Notes: generated from the letters alone by a model not told the origin. A stretch of 64,000 nucleotides of DNA from Gammaproteobacteria bacterium (GCA_029882355.1 JAOUKV010000007.1:10114-74113), one strand, 5' to 3'; positions 41,988 through 51,345 are shown, counted from the first letter of the stretch. Program-made: numbers and translations.

Positions 41988-42509
41988 TTAACTTTTATAT
42001 TTTTTGCGTCTAACAAAACCTATTAAACCAATTAAACCTGAACCGAATAACCATGCAGCTGCAGGAACTGGAACAGCTGAAACTGTACCTTGCCAAGATG
42101 GTGCCTGACCTGGGAATGGAGAAGTCTGCATTGGTACACCTGGGCCAGCAGATCCGTCCGCATTGAAAATAGCAAGAACGGGAATAGGTGAAGAAAGACT
42201 CCAGTCAAAAGCAAGGCCAAATGCAACCTGACCAGCAGTCAGAGTAAAGTTATATGAGAAAGCACCCCGTGATGAAGTACCTGCCCAAGTACTAGAAGAT
42301 GCATAAGAAGTTAAAGTAGTAGCAGTCCAGGGCTGGCTGAAGAATGTACCACCAAAAGTTGTACCCAGAGTGTCAGTATCAACAACACCAGTCGCAGCGC
42401 TCAGGCTAGGGAAGTTCATGCCTGTGATGTTAATTACCAGTGCTGAAGCCGGAGCTGCAGCAGTACCCAGAGTTAAAGCCATAGCACCTGCAAGTATTGC
42501 TTTATTCAT
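41988..42509 (-). CDS. Secreted protein with C-terminal PEP-CTERM-type sorting signal (VPLPA-CTERM variant)
   Basis: Signal peptide MNKAILAGAMALTLGTAAAPASA. A Thr/Ser/Gly-rich body ends in VPVPAAAWLFGSGLIGLIGFVRRKKYKS, which is motif, TM helix and basic tail. Confidence 0.8.
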   Translation of the reverse strand: MNKAILAGAMALTLGTAAAPASALVINITGMNFPSLSAATGVVDTDTLGTTFGGTFFSQPWTATTLTSYASSSTWAGTSSRGAFSYNFTLTAGQVAFGLAFDWSLSSPIPVLAIFNADGSAGPGVPMQTSPFPGQAPSWQGTVSAVPVPAAAWLFGSGLIGLIGFVRRKKYKS

Positions 42510-42994
42510 TTGTCATACTCCTTTACACATTTGTCCAAATTTATAATTTCCACACAGTAAATGCAAGATTGAAGCCTTATTTATAAGCTGCTGTTTTAAT
42601 AGGAATTAATAAAAAACATCATTCTAACAGTATTAAAAGTGTAAAGAAAAAATATTTAAGAGATTAATCACGAACGTCCGCTTTGGTCGTTAACAGTCAC
42701 TCAGATCTAGGCGCAGGTAGCGTATGAGAAAGAACAAGAGACTAAAAATCTCTTGTTCGAAATAATGTTGCTTTGAAATCAACAAGTTATATTTTCTAAC
42801 TGTTGTTTTCAAAACGACAAAAATGTGACAAAAAATATTTTTTGAGGTAAAAAAGGGAAATCATTAGCTGTAACTAACTGTTTTGTAAGGTGTTATTTTT
42901 GAGCGTCCTTGAGACGCCCCTGAAGCGAGATAAAAAAGCAGAGCACCGAAGCAATGATAAGAACATAACTCGTTGTTTTTAAAGGAATAAAAGA

Positions 42995-43070
42995 TGGTGG
43001 GTCGTGAGAGACTTGAACTCTCGACCAAGAGATTAAGAGTCTCCTGCTCTACCAACTGAGCTAACGACCC
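42995..43070 (-). tRNA. tRNA-Lys (CTT)
   Basis: Own fold: 5' GGGTCGTTAGCTCAGTTGGTAGAGCAG matches E. coli tRNA-Lys. Anticodon loop CTCTTAA, T-loop TTCAAGT, encoded CCA. Confidence 0.85.
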
Positions 43071-43098
43071 GAACTTACCGGTACTTAACTACAAAAAA

Positions 43099-43175
43099 TG
43101 GGGTGGATGATGGGGCTCGAACCCACGACAACCGGAATCACAATCCGGGACTCTACCAACTGAGCTACACCCACC
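43099..43175 (-). tRNA. tRNA-His (GTG)
   Basis: Extra 5' G(-1), anticodon loop TTGTGAT, T-loop TTCGAGC and CCA. Confidence 0.88.
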
Positions 43176-43187
43176 ATAAATCAAAAA

Positions 43188-43263
43188 TGGTGCGCCTGGC
43201 AGGATTCGAACCTGCTACCCTCGGCTTAGAAGGCCGATGCTCTATCCGAGTGAGCTACAGGCG
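43188..43263 (-). tRNA. tRNA-Arg (TCT)
   Basis: GCGCCTG acceptor stem, anticodon loop CTTCTAA, T-loop TTCGAAT and CCA. Confidence 0.88.
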
Positions 43264-43308
43264 CAGTATTTTGGGTTACTGCTATACCTTAAACCAGACA
43301 ACCAAAAA

Positions 43309-43385
43309 TTGGTCGGGGTGGAGAGATTCGAACTCCCGACATCCTGCTCCCAAAGCAGGCGCGCTACCAGACTGCGCTACACCCC
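43309..43385 (-). tRNA. tRNA-Pro (TGG)
   Basis: CGGGGTG acceptor stem, anticodon loop TTTGGGA, T-loop TTCGAAT and CCA. Confidence 0.88.
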
Positions 43386-43557
43386 GATACCCACATACCC
43401 AGCTGGATATGTGGAGGCGGGCATGATACGCGCTACCCCTATTCTGGTCAAGATAGAATTCATCAATTGAACGACTGTTTTTTACTTGTCGCTAGTACAT
43501 CGCACATGAGAGAATTCGCATCTTCATTCCCCACATCAATACGGACAGGAAAACTCC

Positions 43558-44418
43558 ATGCCTGCAAACATTATCGACGGTAAAGCTATCGCGGCAGAAA
43601 TACGTGAACAAGTGAAGCAAGCCGTCATAAAAAGGACTGAACATGGTATGGCAGCACCTGGCCTGGCCGTAATCCTCGTTGGAGAGTCACCCGCCTCCCA
43701 GGTGTACGTGCGCAAAAAAAGAGAAGCTTGTGCCGAAGCAGGCGTGCTATCAAAAGCTTTTGACCTGCCTGATAACACTAGCGAAAGCGATTTACTAAAT
43801 CTGATTAAACAGCTTAATGATGATAATGAGATCGACGGTATTCTGGTACAACTCCCCTTGCCTGAACACATTGACTCAACCACCGTGCTCGAAGCCATCC
43901 ACCCTGATAAAGACGTTGATGGTTTCCACCCCTACAACATTGGCCGCCTGGCGCAGCGCATGCCCTCACTAAGGCCCTGCACACCGCATGGCGTTATCCA
44001 TATGCTGGATAGTATTGGCGAAAAATACAAAGGTCGCCATGCCGTCATCGTTGGTGCTTCTAATATAGTGGGTCGCCCAATGGGACTGGAATTACTTTTA
44101 GCAGGTGCTACCGTTACAACCTGTCATCGTTTTACCGATGATTTAGCCGCGCACGTTGCACGTGCAGATATATTGGTTGTCGCTGTTGGTAAACCCGGCA
44201 TCGTCAAAGGCGAATGGGTTAAGCCTGGAGCTACCGTGATCGATGTTGGCATCAATCGTACTGCAGAGGGAAAACTAACCGGTGATGTTGATTTTGAAGC
44301 CGCTGCTGAAAAAGCCGCATTCATTACCCCCGTACCCGGAGGCGTCGGCCCTATGACGGTTGCCATGTTATTACGCAACACACTGCAAGCGGCAGACAAC
44401 CACAATTCAAATAGCTAG
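43558..44418 (+). CDS. folD: Bifunctional methylenetetrahydrofolate dehydrogenase/cyclohydrolase FolD
   Basis: 286 aa, collinear with E. coli FolD: NIIDGKAIA start, [18 protein letters not shown] and PGGVGPMT. Confidence 0.95.
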   Translation: MPANIIDGKAIAAEIREQVKQAVIKRTEHGMAAPGLAVILVGESPASQVYVRKKREACAEAGVLSKAFDLPDNTSESDLLNLIKQLNDDNEIDGILVQLPLPEHIDSTTVLEAIHPDKDVDGFHPYNIGRLAQRMPSLRPCTPHGVIHMLDSIGEKYKGRHAVIVGASNIVGRPMGLELLLAGATVTTCHRFTDDLAAHVARADILVVAVGKPGIVKGEWVKPGATVIDVGINRTAEGKLTGDVDFEAAAEKAAFITPVPGGVGPMTVAMLLRNTLQAADNHNSNS

Positions 44419-44421
44419 CGA

Positions 44422-44847
44422 CTATTCATTACCTGTACCATCAAAATCAACCAAACCATGTAAAACTATATCGGTAAAACTCACGATACCAATCACCTTA
44501 CCGTTTTCTAGCACTGGCGCACGGGACAAACCAAAGCGTTCGAGAAATCTTGCACAATAACGAATATCCATTTCAGGATCGATCGGCAATAAAGGCTTCG
44601 ACATAATCTCGTAAACATTTATCCTCTCTGGCGAACGATCTTTTGCTATTACACTTTTAGCAATATCTGAGATCAACAGAATCCCGTATTCATCATTCTC
44701 ATTACGCTTGTCTACAATTAAGGTTTTAGTTTCAACATGTTTCATGGTACGTAACGCATTCATCACCGTCATTTTTCCATCAACCATATCAAAATCGGCT
44801 TTCATCACATCTCTTACACGAACTACTTTTTTTTCAAGATTCATCAC
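44422..44847 (-). CDS. Stand-alone CBS-pair domain protein
   Basis: 141 aa with two CBS motifs (VRDVMKADFDMV..., EIMSKPLLPIDPEM...GIVSFTDIV). ATGA overlap with the upstream PII-like gene. Confidence 0.8.
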   Translation of the reverse strand: MMNLEKKVVRVRDVMKADFDMVDGKMTVMNALRTMKHVETKTLIVDKRNENDEYGILLISDIAKSVIAKDRSPERINVYEIMSKPLLPIDPEMDIRYCARFLERFGLSRAPVLENGKVIGIVSFTDIVLHGLVDFDGTGNE

Positions 44848-45200
44848 AAAACCTCCTCAACAAAATCAGTCAATTTTTCAATCTGGTGGGCAACACCGAC
44901 GGCATCTTCGACATCAATCTGGAATGCAATACCACTTCCGGGTGAACTATCAAACTCACCGACATCACTTATTTTTTCAAGTATGTGCCTACTCAAATGT
45001 TCCTCGACTAAAAACAGCACCACATCTCGTTGCGTTTCCAGCGAAAGCCCAAAAAAAGTTTTACCTTTATCCAGGCCCTCACCTCGCGCATTATTAATCA
45101 CGGTCGCCCCGGTTGCGCCAGATTCACGCGCCGCCTTCATCACCTTGTCCGTTTTTTCATCTTCAACAAAAGCTATTATTAATTTGAAATGCATACGCAC
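44844..45200 (-). CDS. PII-like (GlnB-fold) signalling protein
   Basis: 118 aa; KLIIAFVEDEKTDKVMKAARESGATGATVINNARGEG resembles the PII beta-alpha-beta fold and T-loop region. Confidence 0.65.
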   Translation of the reverse strand: MRMHFKLIIAFVEDEKTDKVMKAARESGATGATVINNARGEGLDKGKTFFGLSLETQRDVVLFLVEEHLSRHILEKISDVGEFDSSPGSGIAFQIDVEDAVGVAHQIEKLTDFVEEVL

Positions 45201-45259
45201 CTCCTAATTGAATAGATCAATATGTATATTTTTAAATCATTCACATCAACACTCCTTTC

Positions 45260-46039
45260 TCAATTTTTATTCGCTTTACTGCGTTTGGTTAGCCACACAG
45301 AAAGTTGTGCATACGTCATCACAGAAATTATCGGAAACAAACTGGCAAAAGCTATCAAACCAAAACCATCAATTAAGGGGCTTCTTCCCGGCACAGTTTC
45401 CGCCAAACCTAAACCCAAAGCAGCGACTAACGGTACAGTTACCGTTGAAGTGGTGACACCACCAGAATCATAAGCCAGTGGCACAATCGATTTAGGTGCA
45501 AAAAACGTTTGGATAACGACAATGATATAACCAGCAATGATGAAATAATGAATTGGCGCACCGATAACTATTCTGTATGCACCCAATGCAATGCCGACAG
45601 CAACACCGATAGCGACAGCAATCCTTAAACCCCAAATACTAATAGCACCACCAGAAACTTCGTTAGCTTTAATGGCTACCGCTATTAATGAAGGTTCTGC
45701 GATGGTGGTACTTGCACCTATGGCGAAGGCAAAGATATACACCCAATAATAATCCTGCCAGTGCAAGACGCCTGTTGTAATTCGCACTGTTTCTAAAAAT
45801 GCAGGATTAGTCAGCTGCTCCGCCATCATCCGGCCCACAGGAAAAAGAGCCAGTTCCAGCCCTAAGAGAAAAAAAGTGATGCCCACAAGGACATAAAACA
45901 TACCTATTAGCACTTTTTTTATATTTGGAACTCTTTTTCTAATAACCAGAAACTGGAAGCCAAAAAGAATAATGGCGATAGGTATAACATCAAACAAAGT
46001 TGATGCTAACTTATCGCCAAGTGCCTGCATAAAATCCAT
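45260..46039 (-). CDS. DUF1538 family membrane protein (copy 2)
   Basis: 259 aa polytopic protein with the conserved [25 protein letters not shown] motif shared with the adjacent paralogue. Confidence 0.8.
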   Translation of the reverse strand: MDFMQALGDKLASTLFDVIPIAIILFGFQFLVIRKRVPNIKKVLIGMFYVLVGITFFLLGLELALFPVGRMMAEQLTNPAFLETVRITTGVLHWQDYYWVYIFAFAIGASTTIAEPSLIAVAIKANEVSGGAISIWGLRIAVAIGVAVGIALGAYRIVIGAPIHYFIIAGYIIVVIQTFFAPKSIVPLAYDSGGVTTSTVTVPLVAALGLGLAETVPGRSPLIDGFGLIAFASLFPIISVMTYAQLSVWLTKRSKANKN

Positions 46040-46774
46040 TTAGACGATCATCCCGTAACCCAGAACAAAAATAATGGGCGTTAATGAGGCAAAGGCAATT
46101 AGACCAAAACCATCCAGCATAGGGTTACGTCCAGAAATTGAGGAAGCCAGGCCAATTCCCAATGCAGTCACTAATGGCACGGTAATGGTAGAGGTAGTGA
46201 CACCACCAGAATCATAGGCAATACCTATAATTTCATCAGGCGCAAATCCGGTCATAATAATCACCATGACGTAACCAATCATGATCATAAAATGTATTGG
46301 CCAGTTTTTTAATATACGCAAGACACCGATAACGATGGCAAAGCCCACTGACAATGCAACCGTAAAACGTAAGCCAGTGGAGTAACTATCCATGGCTTCT
46401 GCATGATTGTTGATATGCCCTGCCCTGGCTGCCACCTTCGCTGCCTCATCGGCCACAGCAATCAATGCCGGTTCCGCCACAGTTGTGCCAAAACCCAGCG
46501 CAAAAGCAAACATCAGCAACCAGAACACACTACCTTTTCGCGCAAAAGCATGCGCCATGGATTCGCCAATCGGAAACAGACCCATCTCCAGACCATAGAT
46601 AAAAAAGGTTAACCCGATAATGACAAAAAACACACCTGAAAGCAGATCAGCGACATTTTCCAACGGCTGCTGCAAAACAAACAGCTGAAAAAAGCCAATA
46701 ACTAGAATAATAGGGGCGAGATCACGAACACTGCCCATCATCGATTTTAAAAAAGAGAGAAGTGATTTGTTCAA
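46040..46774 (-). CDS. DUF1538 family membrane protein (copy 1)
   Basis: 244 aa polytopic protein with [25 protein letters not shown]; immediately adjacent to copy 2 with no gap. Confidence 0.8.
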   Translation of the reverse strand: MNKSLLSFLKSMMGSVRDLAPIILVIGFFQLFVLQQPLENVADLLSGVFFVIIGLTFFIYGLEMGLFPIGESMAHAFARKGSVFWLLMFAFALGFGTTVAEPALIAVADEAAKVAARAGHINNHAEAMDSYSTGLRFTVALSVGFAIVIGVLRILKNWPIHFMIMIGYVMVIIMTGFAPDEIIGIAYDSGGVTTSTITVPLVTALGIGLASSISGRNPMLDGFGLIAFASLTPIIFVLGYGMIV

Positions 46775-46859
46775 AAGTTTGCTATTGAAAAAATAATTGA
46801 CATGGATATCGGAGATTAAACGTCAGCCCCTTTCAGTGCAATGATCTTGATCAAACCAA

Positions 46860-47663
46860 TTAGATATTAAAAAACATTTTTGTATTAACCAGAGCCGCAT
46901 GTTCCAGTTCCTCAATCTCCACACCCATATATCGGGAGACCGTTTTAGCAATGTGTGGCAAATAACAAGGTTCATTACGACGATTTTTTACTGGTTTTTT
47001 ATCCAGATCCCTCGGCAACAAATAAGGTGCATCGGTCTCAAGCATCACTCTATCTAAAGGAATTTCTTTGACTGCCTGTTGCAAATCCTGACCTCGTCGC
47101 TCATCACAAATCCAGCCGGTGATACCAATATGCATATCCAGCTCAAGATAATCATTCACCTCGGCAGCCGTGCCAGTAAAACAATGCGCTACAGCATTGT
47201 TCAGCTGAGGCCGAACATTCTTCAACATGGCAATAAAATCATCATGTGCATCACGTTGATGCAAAAATACTGGTTTCTGTATCTCAACTGCCAGTTCCAG
47301 CTGCCCATCAAAAGCAGTACGTTGATTCTGTTTCGTTGAAAAATTTCGATTGTAATCCAGACCACACTCACCGATCGCCACAACACAATCCTGATGACTG
47401 AGCTCTGCTAACAACCTACTTGTTTCTCTCGTATATTCATCGGCATGATGCGGATGCACACCCGCTGTCGAAAAAAGCACCTTTGAGTACTGTTTGCACA
47501 ACTCAATCGCCTTTCGACTATGCTTAATGTCCGTACCGGTCACAATCATTCTGCCGACACCAGAGGCCATCGCTCTCTGTACGACGATATCCAGATCACC
47601 GTCAAAGGAACTGCCCGTTAAATTAACGCCTATATCAATATAATCACTCATTTGCGGTATCAT
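46860..47663 (-). CDS. tatD: TatD-family Mg-dependent 3'-5' exonuclease
   Basis: 267 aa, closely collinear with E. coli TatD (IGECGLDYNRNFS, HCFTGT, GITGWICDERRG, ETDAPYLLPRDL, RRNEP). Confidence 0.9.
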   Translation of the reverse strand: MIPQMSDYIDIGVNLTGSSFDGDLDIVVQRAMASGVGRMIVTGTDIKHSRKAIELCKQYSKVLFSTAGVHPHHADEYTRETSRLLAELSHQDCVVAIGECGLDYNRNFSTKQNQRTAFDGQLELAVEIQKPVFLHQRDAHDDFIAMLKNVRPQLNNAVAHCFTGTAAEVNDYLELDMHIGITGWICDERRGQDLQQAVKEIPLDRVMLETDAPYLLPRDLDKKPVKNRRNEPCYLPHIAKTVSRYMGVEIEELEHAALVNTKMFFNI

Positions 47664-47690
47664 AACAGCTACTCATAATTCTGAAACAAC

Positions 47691-48482
47691 ATGTCTGAAA
47701 GTAAACAAAATACCTCCCTCTGCATTATCTGCGACAATGACACTCTATATGAACAAGCTCGTTCATTTGCAGCGGAACAACAACTTCCACTGTTTGATAA
47801 AAAAAATAAGTCATTCGAATTACAGTTCATTTTTGGCAGTGAGCGCATTGAGCTTTTCGATAAACAACTCAATACCAGTATTTTTGTGGACTTTGTCAGT
47901 GGTGCTCTGGCACACAGGCAGCAATTTGGTGGCGGCCGAGGTCAGGCTATTGCCAAAGCTATTGGACTAAAAAAAGGCAAAAATCCCAACGTACTAGACG
48001 TCACAGCGGGATTAGCACGTGACGCTTATATTTTGGCCACACTCGGTTGCCGCATGACACTGGTCGAAAAATCCCCCATCTTGAGCACATTGATACAGAA
48101 TGGAATAAGTCGTGGTATGGAGAGCGAACAAAGCGCCCAAACTCTTTCTGAGGGCTTTGTGGTTCACAACCAAAATGCCATTAACTTTATGAAAAATATA
48201 GACAAACACCAAATACCGGACATTATTTACATCGACCCGATGTACCCGGAAAGAAAAAAATCTGCCCTGGTTAAAAAGGACATGCAAATTCTGCAGCGAT
48301 TACTGGAAAAAGAAGAAAAAGACGGTGAACTTTTGGAGGCTGCACTCAATTGTGCCAGAGAAAGAGTCGTCGTCAAACGCCCCGTCCACGCGCCCTGCCT
48401 AACGGAGGTAAAACCTGCCACATCCATCCTCAGCAAAAAAACTCGTTATGACATTTACTTAACCACTTCATCTAAAAACTAA
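47691..48482 (+). CDS. rsmJ: 16S rRNA (guanine1516-N2)-methyltransferase RsmJ
   Basis: 263 aa; FVDFVSGALAHRQQFGGGRGQAIAKAIG, VLDVTAGLARDAYILA and YIDPMYP...KSALVKKDM match E. coli RsmJ/YhiQ. Confidence 0.9.
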   Translation: MSESKQNTSLCIICDNDTLYEQARSFAAEQQLPLFDKKNKSFELQFIFGSERIELFDKQLNTSIFVDFVSGALAHRQQFGGGRGQAIAKAIGLKKGKNPNVLDVTAGLARDAYILATLGCRMTLVEKSPILSTLIQNGISRGMESEQSAQTLSEGFVVHNQNAINFMKNIDKHQIPDIIYIDPMYPERKKSALVKKDMQILQRLLEKEEKDGELLEAALNCARERVVVKRPVHAPCLTEVKPATSILSKKTRYDIYLTTSSKN

Positions 48483-48631
48483 TCAGAATAGTCTGCCCTT
48501 TTAAAATCATCTGCTTCACAACCTTAATATCTGTGTGCTATATTGCCCACACGGTCTTAAAGGAAGTTCTACAAGTATTACGTTTCATAGCAATCCTGAC
48601 CGTCTAAATGCACTAAATAAAGGAATACCCC

Positions 48632-48868
48632 ATGAGTCTTTCAATATCTAAAAATATTGGTCGTATTGACCAGCTTATTCGTCTGGGCATCAGTCTCAGC
48701 ATGATCTATTTCGGCTTCTTTGATCTTAGCCTGATCCAGGATAAATTCAGCGCAACCATCGTCGGCATTTTCGGCTCGATGAATCTAATAGTGGCACTAA
48801 TACAATACTGCCCCCTGTACGCCGTCGTCGGTATCAATACTTATTGCAAAGCTAAAACTGAAATATAG
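48632..48868 (+). CDS. DUF2892 (YgaP-like) small membrane protein
   Basis: 78 aa with two TM helices and a conserved CPLY motif; 15 nt upstream of the GGDEF-EAL gene. Confidence 0.65.
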   Translation: MSLSISKNIGRIDQLIRLGISLSMIYFGFFDLSLIQDKFSATIVGIFGSMNLIVALIQYCPLYAVVGINTYCKAKTEI

Positions 48869-48883
48869 GGATCACCCGAAGCA

Positions 48884-50806
48884 ATGAAGTTTTCAACTCA
48901 ACTGGTGCTATCTATTTTAGGTATCACCATTTTGTCTCTATCCGTCTTTGGCAGCATTGCTTACTGGATTATTGATGATGGCCACGATCAAACCCATAAT
49001 GAGTTACTGCAACACATGGCCACAACCATACATAAGCACTGGCTTGTCTCCAAAGAAAAAACACTTACTCAAGCCTCGCTCAATCTGATTCACGAAAAAT
49101 TCGCCGCTCCTGATAGCATTCTCCTGGTTGAACATCTTAATGGCACTCGACTGCTTGTTGGTAACACAACTCAGACCCCATCAGCATTTATTGCTAAGAT
49201 AAAACATGCTATTAAAATATCCAACGCTTCAACGGCAAATTATGGTTCTTTAGAAATAGATAATCGTGCTTATCACTGGAACATCAGCCAGTTACCCAAC
49301 AGCCAGTACCGCCTCACCCTGTTGCACGATGATTCAACAGGACAACATCAGTCCGACTTCAAACTGGGCATGCGCCTGCTTGCCACCAGCATCATCATCA
49401 TCTGGATGGCCGTCTGGTTAGCACTGTTACTAAGCTCAATTATTAGTCGAAGACTAAAGGAAAAAAATGAAGCTATAAAGCATCAGGCTTTGCATGATAA
49501 TCTCACTGGCCTACCTAATCGAAACCTGCTTTTCGATCGCCTTGATCAGGCGCAACTAGCCGCCAATCGCAACAAAACATCTTTCGCCCTGCTGCTCATG
49601 GATCTTGATAACTTCAAGGAAATTAATGATGCTCTCGGCCATCACTTCGGTGATCTAATGTTGAAAAAAATCAGCACCATTATTCAGCAGACGCTCCGGG
49701 AAAATGACTCAATCGCCAGATTAGGTGGTGATGAGTTTGCTGTATTGCTGCCTGATACTGAGCAGGAAGGCGCTCTCCAATGTGCCCAAAAAATACTGAC
49801 TAGTCTAAAAACGCCTTTCAACGTTAAAGATATTCGTATTGAAAGCAGCGCCAGCATAGGCATAGTATTCTACCCACAGGATGGTAGCGATACCGAAATT
49901 CTGTTACAACGTGCTGACATCGCCATGTACCAGGCAAAAAAAACACGTAGCCACTACGTTATTTATGACCAGAGCAGAGATTTCGATAACGTCAGACAAC
50001 TAACGTTAATGAATGCGCTGAGAGAAACCATTAAAAATGACCAGCTGGATGTCTACTACCAGCCCATGGTCGATCAGAAAACGGGCTGCACTATTGCTGC
50101 CGAGGCACTCGCACGCTGGCATCACCCGGAATTAGGTTTTATATCACCTGAAGAATTTATACCGATAGCCGAACGAACGGGGCTCATCAGAAAGCTCACC
50201 TTATCTGTCATAAAACAGGCTATGCATGACTGCAAACAATGGCAGGACATGGGTTATGAAATGATGGTCGCCATCAACATATCGACACATTGCCTGCAAG
50301 ACCAGTCTTTCCCCAGAAAACTCAATCAAATATTACAGACTAGCGCTATATCAGCCCATAGCATTGAATTGGAGATTACAGAAAGTGCTTTAATGCAAGA
50401 TATCGGTGGGGCACGTCAAGTCTTGCAGCAACTTAACCTTGCCGGTTACAGTTTATCCATCGACGACTTTGGCACGGGCTTTTCATCATTAGCCTATTTA
50501 AAAGAGCTGCCCGTTGACACCTTAAAAATTGACAAATCATTCATATTTGATATGGATAGTAACGAGGACGATACGGCCATTGTGCAAACTGTGATAGAAC
50601 TTGCACACAATTTTAATTGTAAAGTCATTGCCGAAGGCGTCGAAACCACAAGCTCACTCGAACAGCTGAAGGGTCTAGGCAACGATATTGCGCAAGGCTA
50701 CTTATTCAGCAAGCCCATACCTTTTGAAGAATTTAATATATGGTTACAGGACTCCGAATGGGCTCCCGTTTCCACTATAAAAGAAAGGGTATCAGATGCA
50801 ATCTAA
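48884..50806 (+). CDS. Membrane sensor diguanylate cyclase/phosphodiesterase (periplasmic sensor - GGDEF - EAL)
   Basis: 640 aa with two TM segments flanking a periplasmic domain of about 150 aa. The GGDEF motif is intact (RLGGDEFAVLL) and the EAL domain has EALARW and DDFGTGFSS. Confidence 0.9.
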   Translation: MKFSTQLVLSILGITILSLSVFGSIAYWIIDDGHDQTHNELLQHMATTIHKHWLVSKEKTLTQASLNLIHEKFAAPDSILLVEHLNGTRLLVGNTTQTPSAFIAKIKHAIKISNASTANYGSLEIDNRAYHWNISQLPNSQYRLTLLHDDSTGQHQSDFKLGMRLLATSIIIIWMAVWLALLLSSIISRRLKEKNEAIKHQALHDNLTGLPNRNLLFDRLDQAQLAANRNKTSFALLLMDLDNFKEINDALGHHFGDLMLKKISTIIQQTLRENDSIARLGGDEFAVLLPDTEQEGALQCAQKILTSLKTPFNVKDIRIESSASIGIVFYPQDGSDTEILLQRADIAMYQAKKTRSHYVIYDQSRDFDNVRQLTLMNALRETIKNDQLDVYYQPMVDQKTGCTIAAEALARWHHPELGFISPEEFIPIAERTGLIRKLTLSVIKQAMHDCKQWQDMGYEMMVAINISTHCLQDQSFPRKLNQILQTSAISAHSIELEITESALMQDIGGARQVLQQLNLAGYSLSIDDFGTGFSSLAYLKELPVDTLKIDKSFIFDMDSNEDDTAIVQTVIELAHNFNCKVIAEGVETTSSLEQLKGLGNDIAQGYLFSKPIPFEEFNIWLQDSEWAPVSTIKERVSDAI

Positions 50807-51285
50807 TCTCTAAAATTATTATATTGCAAAGGCAATTCAATATCAGAAGCCTTCAACATCGCCATCACCTGCTGCAAATCATCCCTTTTCTTTCCCGTCA
50901 CCCTGACTTGTTCACCCTGAATCGCCGCTGTCACTTTTATCTTCGACTCTTTAATTAACTTAGCAATTTTTTTAGCCATTTCCTTATCCAGTCCTTCTTT
51001 AACTTTAACGGTCTGATAAGCACGCATGCCACGTTCTTCGATGGCACCTTGATCCAGACAGGCAATATCAATTTTCCTGGCCGATAATTTTTTATACATA
51101 ATATCGTGCATCTGGCGAACCTGGAATTCATTAGTCGCCTCAAGATTCATGGCGCTATCTTTCAGTGTGACCTTGGCATCACTACCCTTAAAATCAAAAC
51201 GCGTACCCAATTCACGATTCATCTGATCGACTGCATTGGTTAACTCGTGGCTATCTACTTCTGAAACAACATCAAACGAAGGCAT
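50803..51285 (-). CDS. yajQ: YajQ-family (UPF0234) nucleotide/c-di-GMP-binding protein
   Basis: 160 aa; MPSFDVVSEVDSHELTNAVDQ is collinear with E. coli YajQ. Convergent with the GGDEF-EAL gene, with overlapping stop codons. Confidence 0.9.
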   Translation of the reverse strand: MPSFDVVSEVDSHELTNAVDQMNRELGTRFDFKGSDAKVTLKDSAMNLEATNEFQVRQMHDIMYKKLSARKIDIACLDQGAIEERGMRAYQTVKVKEGLDKEMAKKIAKLIKESKIKVTAAIQGEQVRVTGKKRDDLQQVMAMLKASDIELPLQYNNFRD

Positions 51286-51345
51286 GTAAAATCTCCTAAA
51301 AAAATCATATACAATTAACCGCTATAAGAAAACAAAGGTAAAACA

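Noticed and set aside
43103-43470. Two plus-strand ORFs (107 and 77 aa) across the tRNA cluster
   Set aside because: They overlap four canonical tRNA genes (His, Arg, Pro and the Lys flank); they are artefacts of GC-rich tRNA sequence.
43536-43898. 120 aa minus-strand ORF
   Set aside because: Antisense to folD, whose identity is unambiguous.
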